Positions 14,196 through 26,723 of a stretch of DNA of 64,000 nt are shown here, piece by piece. The number at the start of each line of letters is the position of its first letter. Within the stretch, counting starts at the first letter, position 1. A program made the translations under genes and the position numbers. Source of the stretch: Microbotryum violaceum. Its lineage: Eukaryota. The DNA lies in contig CDLV01000005.1 in NCBI GenBank assembly GCA_001244265.2, positions 744,001 through 808,000 on the forward strand, in the 5' to 3' direction. The notes below the pieces were generated by a model. It was not told the DNA's origin, did not search any database, and saw only the letters and a program-made list of their open reading frames with translations.

Positions 14196-15049
14196 CTCCA
14201 ACCCAGTGAGTGCGTCAATGCTCTACTAGATGAGCCGCCTCGTCCCCGAGTTGATGTGGATCGAATCGGACTCCGACTCGAAGCTCCCTCCTCTCGTCGA
14301 TGGTGGTGCTCAACACGCAGCAGCAAGGACGGCCGTCTGACTGGCAGGGTCGGCCACGAACAAGAGCAAGGATGAGCTACTGCGTCGTCTAGCTGTGCTG
14401 TTCCTCGAACGGTTGAGCTTTGTACGGTACAGAGGTGAGGAGCAGATCCCGAGATTGGTTCGATCGCTTGACTTTGACCAGTCAAATTACTTCAGCGCGC
14501 ACGGACCCCGAAAATAAGCCCGCGCCTTTGCTCGAAAGCTACTACTAGTAATGCACTCGAGTATAGACGTGTAGAGTCTAGTCAGCTCTGGCACACGTTC
14601 TCGGATAGAATACGGACCTGTTTTCAACTCCAGATAAAGTCTACACTATCGGTGCACTGGAATGCGCAGCTCGACTCAACTTTCTCAAGGTCGCCGAACG
14701 ACGTGGAGGAGCCTGCCATTTCACTAGTCCGAAGGCCCAGACACCAGACGGCCGGAGCGAAAGCTCGCTGATGCTCAACTCCCTTGACCTGATCGACGAC
14801 GGAGCTTCAGCTCTTGCTCACCTCGCAACGTAGCCGAGCGGGCTCAACATACGCCGGGATCTGATCACAAGGCATTCAGCGGTGCCACTTGGGGTCATCG
14901 TCGCCTACGTCTTCTGTTCCCCACCCCCCGGCGCTGTGCTCTCGCTTTGCAGGAGCTCCGACCAGCCTTCCATCGGAATCCGCGGCCCTCCTCCTCTCAT
15001 CGCCATTGTACCGGGGTCAATCGCCTAGATTAAAGCTCAATCAACCGCG

Positions 15050-17143
15050 ATGATTCACCGGAGAAGAGTTTCAAGTCGATCCGAACCGGTGACCACCGCC
15101 CCAACAGCGCATGGCAATGGTCGTTCCTCACCGACCGGTCTCGCTGGCCTCTTCGGGGGCCCCTCATCATCCAACTCGCGCAACGTCGGCGGCAAGGCCG
15201 ATCGGACCCTCACACCGTTACGACGGCTCGTCTACATTCTGATTGGCCTTGTCGCCATGTTCATGATCCTACACTACGCGTCGAGCAATTCCTCGACGAG
15301 AAGTCGATTTGGGATGCGAGGATCGAGGAGAACGGATGCGCTCGTGCGACAAGCTCGGAAGCAGCGCGCCTCGGCAGCAGTGTACAACGCAGAAGGGGGG
15401 AGTGCACCGGCAAACTTTTCCGAAGCACCTCCTTTCACTTTCTGCCCGAGTTATGGATCGAGCGACGAGTTAGGCAACAAGTACGGGAGGGAAGCGCTCT
15501 CCAAGACCAGGTCTCATGTCGGTGGTACGGCGAGGGTGCAGAGGGTCATCAAGAGGGCCATGGCCGGTCTTCCCATCACAATCGGTATCTTGGGTGGCTC
15601 GATCAGTTCGTGTCATGGTCTCGACGCATCCCCAGCGCACCCATTAGGCAATCCGATCGGTCCGAACTGCTATCCCCATCGGATTTTCAGCTGGCTCAAC
15701 GACGTCTTTCCCCATCCCGCCAATGAGTTGACGAACGGTGCATGTGAGTTGGCACATGAATTTTGGTCGTGCCGAGGCGAAAACCTGACCCTATACCCTT
15801 TGTTTCCCAGTACGGCGAACAGGGACGTCGTACTATGGATTCTGCTCGGACATGCACTTGCCCGATCGTGTGGATCTCATCATTGTCGAATTCGATACCG
15901 AGGATCCGCAGTGAGCACCATCTTGGGCCTATAGTGGAGGGCCGTGCTAAATTCTTGGTCACAACTTCTGCAGTGACCCGACTTCGCTTTCGACGACCGA
16001 TCTGCTGATCCGGTCGCTCCTACTCCGACCCGACCACCCTGCCGTGATCATGCTCGGGCATTTCGCTCCTCAGATCCAAGGCGAATACGGTTTCGCCGGT
16101 CCCGAAATCTACCATACGACCGTGGCGCAGTTCTACGACGTCGTGCACCTGACCGTCAAAGGCCTCATCTACGAAGAGTACCTCCTCAACCCGCAAAAAG
16201 TGCGTTCGACATACTTCCTCGATCCGATCCTCGCCAACGCCAAGGGGCACGAACTCTTGGCCGATACGGTCATTTCCTTCTTGGAGGCTCAGGTGTGCCA
16301 GCTCTGGGACCAAGTCGCTCTACAAGCCGATATCGCCGCTTTAGGAGGGTCGACGACGATCGCATCCCCCTTGAACGTCGGCGAGGATTTCCCTTCTCTG
16401 CTTTCAGGTAAAGGGTTGAGGAAATCTGAAAACGTTTTTGAAGAGGCCGACTCGTCGAACTCGCCTGATACGGGCAAAGGATCGCGGTCTTCGCATTCCA
16501 AGATCCCACCTTTCCGAATCGGGGATCGACCGCACATCCTGGCTCGATTCCGAGAGATCAAGCCCAACTGCGCTTCAGCGAACGATTTGATCAACCCTCT
16601 CCCTCCTTCCGTTTTCGCCGGTTCGGGATGGTCTCCCGTCGTTCCCAAACTTGAAGAGGAGGATGAAACGCATTATTGGTATACCGACGCGCCTGGGTCG
16701 TTGCTCAAGATCCCGATCAAATGTGGAGCAGGCGATATCGCGGTGTACTACTACAAGGGACCGGCGTCGCAAAGCTGGGGGAACGTGTTGTGCTGGGTCG
16801 ACGATAACACCGCTGGTGCGGTCGAGTTGAAGGGGAGTTGGGATCGAGACTACGGGCAACCGACGTGAGTAGCTTCTTTTCATTTAGTGCGGTCGTATCG
16901 TGACACACGCTAAAGGTGTCGATCTTCATTGCTGCCATCAGGGTCACTCAAATCGATCAAGCCGTTACCAAAGGCTCCCATTTCGTCGTTTGCGAACTGC
17001 AAGGTAAAAAAAATCTGGGCTCTCTTCTGCCTTGCCCCCCACGAATACTGACCACCGCGGGCGTATTCTCGTCTCCTATCCACTCAGGGCAACCCGGAGT
17101 CGATCACGCCCAGTTCAAACTCTTTGGCATTTTTTCGACTTGA
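15050..17143 (+). CDS. CAP64: CAP64/CAS3-family SGNH-hydrolase-like capsule-associated protein
   Basis: N-terminal TM, RVQRVIKRAMAGLPITIGILGGSISSCHG, ELTNGA, PDRVDLIIVEFD, KGHELLAD, GDIAVYY, CWVDDNTAGAVEL. Confidence 0.8.
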
Positions 17144-17355
17144 GGGAACACATGTAGACACCCGTTATTATCTGCCGTCTTGTCTCTTACGTTCTCTTTC
17201 ACAAAACACACTCTTACTTAGTCTGTCTTCCCCACTTGCATTTCGAAATCTTCTTCCTCAAGCCCATTATAAGCTTCTCTGCTCCAGCCTCAATGAGAAG
17301 ACAGACGGGAAAGAGGTCGGATCACCTACAACCTAACGATGATAACAGTCCTAAT

Positions 17356-18400
17356 TCAATTCCACCACCACTTGACTCTAGCCAATTCTCCCCGAGCGCC
17401 TACGCCCACACCCACGAGTAACAAACCCGCCACGGCCCAGCCTAGATCCATTTTGACGACGGACCAGACCCACAAAGTACCGAAAGCGGGAGCGGAGGCC
17501 ATGACTTGGAGATAGGATTGCGTCGAGGTGAGGTGGACGAGATGGATGCCTGTTGCGGTGCAGAGGAGGAGCAGGAGGGGTTGTTGGATTCGAGGAGGGA
17601 GGGTCGGGAAGCTGGTTGGTGCTGAGGTGGTGGATGGTGTAGAGTGATTGGCAGTGATGGTGGTGGGGGATATCAGATTGAGAATGTACATGGCTGCGAG
17701 GGACGGTGGGGCTGTCAGTGAAGGTAACGCGCGCTGGAGCAGGGTTTTCGGACTCACTCGGCAGAAGTGAGGAGAGGTGAGAGACAATGAGTGATCTCGG
17801 TAGGCCTTGTCCGTATTGTGCATGAACAGCATAGTCCCTGAAAATGGATGAAGTAACCGTCTTGTCAGCATCGGAGCGAATGCATCGCCCTTTCTCGATC
17901 CCGAGCGAGCAGGAATGAAAAAAAAAACCTAAAAAAACTTGCATGCCAACAAAGAGGAAAGTAAAGGGAATCGTCCACAGCAAGGCGTCGACCAAGTGCT
18001 CCCACAGTGCTGGTGGTTCTGATCCTTCTTCAAGATCATCGTCAAGCTTGGACTGAAAATGGCGGACCGTGATGCCTCGGTCGTGTGATCGCTCGGCGTC
18101 GGCGTCCGATTCGTCGACGTTGTCCTCGAGCTGCTCGCCGTCCTCGTCCTTCCATTCCACGATACCGGCCAGATCTTCGGGAGAAAGCCTAATCAAGGGC
18201 TCTAAGCCAGGTGGGGGCTTGACTTGGGAGGGTCGAATGCGCTTCGTCAGGATGGGCTCTGAGGTGGATGACGCTGACGAGGCAGTGGTGGTGCTCCGAG
18301 TCTGAGCTGGCGGTGCTCGCTCAGTTTCCGAAGCCGAGGAACGAGTCGGTGAGGGAGAGGGAGTAGGGGTCCATGTCTTGCACGATCTCGTGGTGGCCAT
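17356..18400 (-). CDS. Conserved fungal multi-pass membrane protein of unknown function
   Basis: Spliced ORF with hydrophobic segments (LLWTIPFTFLFVGM|DYAVHAQYGQ; APAFGTLWVWSVVKMDLGWAV); GC-AG intron at 17838-17942. Confidence 0.65.
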
Positions 18401-18620
18401 GAGCTTCGATGTCGAGAGCTGTCCACACGACGAGGCGAGGGGACCAGAACCACGCGAGCCGAGCTTGGCGAGAAGGACCGGAGCCCTTCCGGCCTCACGC
18501 AGGAGGACCGAGCTCAAACGGCCCGAGGCTGATGATCACTCTGCGAACTGAGCGCGAGAGACTTGGCTGATCTGTGCTCGATCGGATCGACTGTCGCCTA
18601 CATCATCATCGGCACCCGTC

Positions 18621-19231
18621 ATGTCCAAAGCCACCGCAACAGCGGCAGCTCAGCTGGTCAGGTCAGTCCTCAGAATCGCTCCCACACTTCTCCTCCCGGC
18701 AAGAGAGCTGATCAAGCCCTTGCTTCGAATCCGCCCATCCGGACAGACTGGTCGTTCCCGCCGGTAAAGCCACTGCAGCACCTCCCGTCGGACCTGCCCT
18801 CGGTGCAAGGGGTGTCAAGTCCATCGATTTTGTCAAAGAGTTCAACGGTACGTGCGTGGTGAATTAAAACTGCCAGCTTGTTCCGTCGCCGACGTACTCG
18901 TGCTCGCCTCGCAGCCCGGACTTCGAGCCTCACACCGGGAACACCAACACCGGTCAAAATCACCATCCAACCGGACCGAACCTTCACCTTTACGATCCAG
19001 TCCCCACCGACCTCGTACCTCATCCGTCAAGCCGCAGGGATCGAGATCGGCTCGGGCACACCCAACAGGGCCGCCGGTGGAACGATCGCGGGTACGATTT
19101 CGCTCAAAGCCGTGTACGAGATTGCAAAGCTCAAGCAGGCCGATCAAGGATTGAAGGGTGTCGAGCTGGAGAGCATCGCCAGGAGCATCGTCGGCAGCTG
19201 CAAGAGCGCCGGAGTGCAGGTCGTGCCATGA
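18621..19231 (+). CDS. MRPL19: Mitochondrial ribosomal protein uL11m
   Basis: [36 protein letters not shown]...[18 protein letters not shown]...[13 protein letters not shown]; two introns. Confidence 0.93.
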
Positions 19232-19898
19232 GGCTCAGGTGGTAATGCGATCATGTCTTGTATTCGGGAGGCCGGCGAGTGTATTTTTACTGCATAATCA
19301 AAAGCATTGAAATTCACATTATTCGACGCAATCAATCTTTTGGGACAGACTCCAACAGAAGATGAAATAGGGATCGGTGAGCCGCAGTCGGGGAGGTAGA
19401 GACAACCGGCCTTCTGTCAGAGTCAGACTTTATCTAGCCACGTAGGCCACCAAGAAGGAACAGTGATCAAGATGTAACTTGACTACGAACTGAACCCTTT
19501 AGCTGTCATAGGCCCCTGACTATGACACCTTCCTTCTCTCCTTGAAGAGGCGCTCAGGACTACGTATGACCCTTACCCAAGTCCCATGGCATCACTGAGA
19601 TGTCGCGATATTTTGATCAGAGCTTTCGCATAGCGCAACCTCACGTCCGAGCACGTTGGCAGGTGCAGAGCACAGAGCCATCGAATAGCCCGTAGGTCGA
19701 GGAGTCACTGATTTTCGACCCTCTGAACTTGTACCGGCTCCGGGGGCCACCAGCAGATTAGCAGATGCCTCGCCAATCACCAAAGATTCTTGTCGAGAAT
19801 ATAGTGACACGACGCGTGATGGTGATGCTTCCAACACCGTGGCTTGAATAAACACCACTTGAAGGTGCCTGATCATGAACAAGACTTCCCCAGTGGAA

Positions 19899-20139
19899 GG
19901 CCGCGAGCGCTCTCGGCGTACCGCCCGAGGGCCCAAATTCTAATCATTCGCGTTGGCCGTTTCTACGGGTCAGGAAATTCTTGGCGATTCAGGGGGGCGG
20001 CCACAACAGGTGCGAGCTTGGCCGCGAGCGCTCTCGGCGTACCGCCCGAGGGCCCAAATTCTAATCATTCGCGTTGACCGTCTACGGGTCAGGAAATTCT
20101 TGGTGATTCAGGGGGGCGGCCACAACAGGTGCGAGCTTG
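19899..20139. repeat. Tandem duplication, 2 x about 120 bp
   Basis: GGCCGCGAGCGCTCTCGGCGTACCGCCCGAGGGCCCAAATTC...GGTGCGAGCTTG occurs at 19899-20019 and 20020-20139 with a few substitutions and a 2-nt indel. Confidence 0.95.
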
Positions 20140-20243
20140 ATCACCGACCGAAACGAGCGCGGTAACCGGCGCTCGGCTTTCACACTCCGTCTGCGATTCG
20201 GCTTCCCCCTCGTGTTCGTCAATCTGAAGAGGTTCTACCATTC

Positions 20244-21611
20244 ATGGCCCACGACGAAGCATCACCGCCAGTAGCCTCACCCTCGGCACCGGAACCGACG
20301 CAATCCATCGATGCACCTCCTTCGGCAAGCACGAGCCAGAGCCACGACTCGGCCCCACCTTTGACTCCAACAGCACCTGTCGCGGCTACACCTGTACGTG
20401 TTCCTCTCTGGGCATCCAAGTGAACTTGATACTGGTAGCCTAAGTTTGTCTCCTCGCTGCTGTAGACGCCTTCGTTGCCACCCATCGGGCCGAGGGATTA
20501 CAACAACCCAACATCGTCGTCGTTGTCCTCATTCTCGATCCGACCCGTGAACCTTCCCCCCGCCTATGCACCCAATTCCACGGTCCCGACCTTTATCAGG
20601 ACCTTGGCGATCCTCGTCTTTGTTGTCGGTGGCACGAGTGCGGCAACGATTGCTTGGGTGTACAAGGTACGCCTATCCCCCGCAAAGTTTTCGGAGGTTC
20701 GATTGCTGGCACTGATGGTAGTCGTTTGGGGGAGTGCAGAACATCGTTTACCCTCGATTGGTGCTCGCACTCAGAGCTAGGACAACACTACACCAGGGCC
20801 ATCTGAAGGGGTATACTCAATTCGTCGATGCTGTACGATCGTTCGGCAAGAGTGGGTCGAGGACGTTGATGGGTGGGTTGAAGGATGTCCCAGGTGTCGT
20901 CGACACGGTCGACTCGACGCAGGAGGCTTCACCCAAGGGGGAAATACCTTCGACCCAGTCCACGAAGGAGGAAAAGCTGCCTTTGACAGAACAAGGGGAC
21001 GAGACACAGCCTCTGCTTTCCACGACGGACGAAACCCCCGCCACTATTTCAATCGAAGCACCATCAATCCTCAACCCTCTCTTGACCTCTCTCCAAACCC
21101 TCTCTTCAACGCTCCACACCTCGAACCTTGCACCCAACCCCTACGCCTCCACCCACGCCTCCGCCTCATCAGCGTTTACGACCCCAAACCCCAACACATC
21201 GCACCAATTTACTCCTCCCCGCTCAGCCGCGGCCGCCTCCGCCGCTGCGGCCGCTCAATCCCGTCTTTCTCCCGACCATACGCTCGTCACTTCGTTAAGC
21301 TCGTTGAACGAATGGGTCGAAAATCAAGTTTATGCGATTGCTACGCAAGGGTATAGGACGTATGGGTCCGTTTCGGGGATTTCGTCGTCGAGTTCGGGTG
21401 GGGTGGGAGGTACAAATGGGGGTAAGGAATTCAAGGGTTTGAGTGAGGCGACGGCGGGTTTCAAGAGTGAGATCAGGGCGGTCAAAGGTCAGTTGGGATT
21501 CGTTTACTGTGCGGTTGGATGAAAGGGTTCATGCTGATTCTCTCTGCGGAGGGGCATGCAGGCTTGTTGTTGAATCGAAGAAATTTTGCGGTGGGGACGG
21601 CAAGTCGGTAA
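20244..21611 (+). CDS. Peroxin Pex14/17 (Pex33/Pex17)-like membrane protein
   Basis: TM segment LAILVFVVGGTSAATIAWVYK, then YPRLVLALRARTTLH and C-terminal FKSEIRAVKG|LLLNRRNF, resembling the fungal Pex14/17 C-terminus. Confidence 0.6.
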
Positions 21612-21764
21612 TCCCGAACAAATCTAGCCTCTCTTTTCCTTACTGCGGTTTTCGCAATGCACCCACTCGCATGAAACATATTTTTCCTTATTCCAAAGCA
21701 AGAAGTGAGACGCGTACCCGCCAAAAAATTACTGCAAACGTTCCGCGCTGGTCCTTCCTTGGCT

Positions 21765-22930
21765 TCACTCTGGCTTGGGTGTGATCTTTCTCGACAGTAC
21801 CCATGCGTCCCTCGGCTCGATCTTGCGATAATAGTCCTTAATCTCTCCCTGTGGACAATGACCGCGAAATCCCGAGTCGACAGTCAGACTCGACGCACAT
21901 TATACGTCCCGGGACACACGGACCGGGGTGGCTGGCTCAACTCACGCTCATTTCGAACCCATGTTTCTCCCAAAACGCCTTCGCTTCCGGATTCCCCTTC
22001 CACACATGAACGTAAACGCTATCGACGATCTCACTCTTGGCTTGAAGTTGCCATTCACGAAGTTGGTTCTCTTGTTTCTTCTTGAGCTTCTTCGCCGCTT
22101 CTTCTTCCTCTTCCTGGTCCTTGTCCGATTTGGCTGGCGGTGCTGAGCTAGCGGAGGTTTTGGATTTTTTGGAGGAAGGTGGCTGGTTCGAGTGAGGGTC
22201 GGTCTGGGAAGGAAGGGTCGGTTTGGGCGGGATCGGTTCGTGGGATCGTTCGGCGGCTTGGAGGACCGAGTGCAAGAGCTTGGTTGCGAGACCTTGACGG
22301 CGGTACGGGGACAGGATACCGAGGGTCATGATGTAGAGTTGCACGTGGGGTCTTGTCGGCACGGTCGTGGTCGTGGTCGTGGAGGGAGTGGATGGTTTAG
22401 CTTCGGATAAAGATTCGGTCTCTGTGGTAAGGGGTTCTAATCGGGACACGAGGTTGCCGACGGGGAGGTCTTGGTAGTAGACTGTGGGGGGAAGAAGGCG
22501 CCGCCGGCGGTCAGCGGGATGGAGAGGCAGCAGAGTGAGGTTGCGTACGGACTGAGTTTGCAATAGGGTTCGAGGTTGTGTTCGAGCAAGTTCGAGTAGA
22601 ACTTGTCCGAGTAGTTGACGGGGAAGAGCACCTGAATAGGGGTGGTGACTGGGATCAGCTGCGGGAGGGATGGATGTAGGTAGTGGGGTGAACGGACCCA
22701 GTTGAGCTTTTTGAGTGTGCCAAGATTGTTCGGTGTGCTGTGGGATCGTGTCGAGGGTAGATAGGTGATCAGCCTGCAGCTCCAAAGTGCCGGCTGCCGG
22801 CTGAAGAAGAAGAATGTGGGACTGACACTTGTCCGAGCGCGACGCGTGCTGGGACGCGTGTGCGTTTGCCGTTGATGGTCACGCCCGGCTCCTTGGCCAG
22901 GGTCGGCAGCGAGTCAAGGATCGCTGACAT
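21765..22930 (-). CDS. NAA50: N-terminal acetyltransferase Naa50/San (GNAT)
   Basis: NNLGTLKKLN, LFPVNYSDKFY, LYIMTLGILSPYRRQGLAT, YVHVWKGNPEAKAFWEKHGF, YYRKIEPRDAW. Confidence 0.88.
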
Positions 22931-23243
22931 GGCGAGTTTGATCGAATGCGATGTGGTGGGATTGAGCCAGGAGCCAAGGTAGCGAAGCGTAAGTCTTTGG
23001 AGCTCAGTCGCGCGAAAGCCGCCGACCCGCCGCCGTCAGCCAGAAGTCAGCCTCCGTCAGCCGCCGTCAGCTAGTCAGCTCCTTCAGCCCGCTCTGAGCG
23101 TTCTGCGGCTCGCTGCGATTCCCCCCCTATTTCCCCACCACCGCTCAAGTCACGCTCCGCTCTCTCTCGCTCTCCCGCTCTCCCGCTCTGGCTCGGTGCA
23201 ACATTGTGCCCGTTCGCCCCCCCACAACCTTCCACCTTTAGCC

Positions 23244-26200
23244 ATGAGTAAAAGAAGAGCGGTCGGTGATTTCGCAGGCGTGCCCGTCATCTCGGCACCG
23301 GGCATCATCCAAGGCATCGACGACGAGATGCACGTCCAGATGCTCGGGGCCGGTCAGGAGGTCAGTCCGGCCGCACCCAGACCCAGAGAGCTGCACCGAT
23401 ACAGATCAGACTAACCCCCCATATCGTCCCACCCCAGGTCGGTCGCTCCTGCTGCGTCATCAAGTACAAAGGTCGCACCATCGTCTGCGACACGGGTGTG
23501 CACCCAGCTTTCTCCGGCATGGCCGCTTTACCCTTCCTCGACGAACTCGACTGGTCCACCGTCGATGCGATCCTCATCACCCACTTCCACCTCGACCATG
23601 CCGCCAGTCTGACCTATGTCATGGAAAAGGTGAGCCCCGTTACTGCTTGTTATGTATGGGCCGGTCGGCTTCCGGACCAGTCGGCCACTGTAATCAACCG
23701 AGCCGTGCTGACCATAATCGCGCCTCACAGACCAGCTTTAGGGAAGGCAACGGGGTCGTGTACATGTCTCATCCGACCAAAGCCGTCTACCGCTTCCTCA
23801 TGTCCGACTTTGTCCGGGTCTCGTCAGTCTCGTCGGTCACGTGAGCCCACCCCGCAACGAGATCTCTCACTCCCCATCCCCATCCTCCCACAGCACCGCC
23901 GGATCGGACGACAAGCTGTTCACAGAGGAAGAGATGCTCGCATCCTGGTCGACCATCATCGGCTTCGATTTCGAACAAGAAATCCTGCTCCCGGCGAGCA
24001 ACAACCCCGAGTCGTCGACCTCGTCGAGTTCCAACGCCGCCGTGCGCTTCACCTCGTTCGCAGCCGGTCACGTCCTCGGCGCTTGCATGTTCTTGATCGA
24101 GATTGCGGGGTTGAGGGTCCTGTACACGGGCGACTATTCGACAGAGGAGGATCGGCATTTGGTTCCTGCCAAGCTCCCGATATGGGAAAAGAAACCCGAC
24201 GTCATGATCTGCGAATCGACATATGGGCAAGTGCCTACATTTCCTCGGACGGGAATGGTCGAGGGGACTGACCCGTCATTTGATTATGGACTTTTTGCAG
24301 TGTACAAAGTCATGAACCTCGCTTAGAAAAGGAAGCTCAGTTCACAAGTGAGCCAATTCCTCCAGGTTTTCATAGCTTCTCGGGATTGGACACCCCAGCT
24401 GACACTGCACTCCAACAGCACTCGTGTCCAACATCATCAAACGAGGTGGTCGAGTATTGCTCCCCGTCTTTGCCCTCGGCCGAGCCCAAGAGATCCTCCT
24501 GATCCTCGACGAATACTGGGCCGCTCATCCGGAACTGCACCACGTTCCCATCTACTACATCTCCTCCCTCGCGCTCAAATGCATGGACGTCTACCGCCAA
24601 TACATCCACACCATGTCCCCGAACGTGAGGGAGAAATTCGCGCGCGGGATCAACCCTTTCGACTTTAAAGCCAAGACCTCGTTCATCCGACCCCTCGAGA
24701 GGGGTTTAGCGAAATTGAATGATAAAGGACCTTGTGTCGTTATGGCGAGTCCGGGCTTTTTAACGAATGGGACTTCGAGGGAGTTGTTGGAGAAGTGGGC
24801 ACCGGATCCGAGGAATGGGCTGATCATTACGGGGTACTCGGTCGAGGGGGTTATGGCGAGGGTGAGTGTGGCTTGGTGGGATGTATGATTTTGACTCGTT
24901 GAACTGATATTTTCCTGTTGAATCAGACCATCATGAATGAACCGACCGAGATTCAGGCCTTGAATGGAGGTGCCAAGATCTCACGGCGGTTGTAAGTCTA
25001 AGTCGCGAGCCCCTTCACCGACTTGGCTATTTCCCCGCTAACGGTCGCTTCGCGTCCCAGATCGGTCGATTACATCTCCTTCTCGGCCCACGTCGACTAT
25101 ACCCAGAATGCCAAGTTTATTGATGAAGTATGTTCCTCAGTCTTTCTCGGAGTACGACCCTGTCTTAACATATCTTCTACTACGAACAGGTGATGCCGGC
25201 TCATCTCATTCTCGTGCATGGGGAGGCCAACAACATGTCGCGTCTACGCTCGGCGTTGAAGACCAAATTTGCCGAAAGGAAAGACGACATTCAAATCTAC
25301 ACCCCGAGAAACGTCGAAACGGTCAAAATTAGATTCAGAGGTGAACGAATGGCCAAGGTGGGTTCGCATCTGACAAAACGATGTCAAGGTCTTTTATTGA
25401 TCCTCGTCACTTGTCCGCGCGAGGTGCACAGGCTTTGGGTACGTTGGCGGAGACGACACCCAAAGCAGCGACCCCACTTTCCGGTCTACTCGTTTCAAAG
25501 GATTTCACCTACACCTTCCTCGCCCCTTCGGACCTTCGTGATTTCACCGGCCTCTCGACCTCGATCATCCTACAACGCCAACGCTTGACGCTTTCCGTCT
25601 CCTGGGAGCTCGTCCAATGGCACCTCCAAGGGATGTACGGCAAGATTCAACAAGGCGTCGATAAGGAAGGACTGATGACGATGCGTATTATGGATATCGT
25701 GGATGTCAAGGCTGTGGGCAAGATAGATTGGGTCGTTGAATGGGTCGGGAGCGTGAGCAATGATATGGTGGCCGATTCGGTCATTGCGTTGGTTTTGGGG
25801 GTCGATAAGAGTCCGGCTTCGGTCAAGAGTGAGTTCTTCGCCAGTGACCTATGTTGAGATGCGCTTTAAGTCTCAAAGTTCGATTGACTGTCGTCGACTG
25901 GTCAGAAACATCCATGGGAGCTTCGTCGCACTGCTCTCATCGACATCCCCATGCCGAACCGATCACGCCACCGCCGAAAACGACGAAGACGCTCGACGAC
26001 GCCGAGTCGGCGGGAGAAGAGACATCGCAGGAGAAGGACCTCCCTACCCGTCTCGATCGATTGATCGCTTTTCTCGATTCATACTTTGGTAAAGTGGAGC
26101 TGGTCATCCCTGGACCGAAGACTGCGGGTGCAAGTTCATCACCGCTGGAGAACGCTGCTGAATTGGAGAAGCCGACGGAACCGTCAGTTCCTCTGGAAGG

Positions 26201-26561
26201 GGATACGGAATTGACGCCACCCACAACGACGACGACAAATCCCGAAGACGAAGAGCACCTTGCCGAGGTCGAAACGACTACGGCCCCAACACTCCCCACC
26301 CAGCCCCTCGTGCCCGTCATCCGCGTCCACCTCGACGACCTCATCGCCGACGTTCGAGTCGAAGACCTTCAAATCATCTGCGAGAACGAATCGTTCAAAG
26401 CAAGGGTAGAGAACGTCGTCGGGTTGGCGATGGAGGTGGCGAGACCCCTTTCGGGGATGGGAGCGGGTGTGTTTTTGGAGAGTGTTAAAGAGGTGGAGGA
26501 AGGTCCAAGGGGAAAGAGGGTGGCGAAGGTGGTGGAAGGGGAGGCCGACAATAAAGTGTAG
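23244..26561 (+). CDS. YSH1: CPSF73/Ysh1 pre-mRNA 3'-processing endonuclease (MBL + beta-CASP)
   Basis: LGAGQE|VGRSC, ITHFHLDH, AGHVLGACMF, YTGDYS.EEDRHL, GGRVLLPVFALGRAQE, SFSAHVD, LVHGEANNM, NDMVADSV. Confidence 0.96.
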
Positions 26562-26723
26562 ATCGTTCAATGCAGATAACTAGCGCTCGTGATGAGAAGC
26601 AACGTAGGAGTAAAGCTCGCCCGGGCTTTGTTGCAAAGAAACCTGATAGGGTATGATCCGATGCCCGTGGTATTACAACATATAAAAGCCCACTCTACAC
26701 GTACTCCTCTTGATCTCCTCGAC

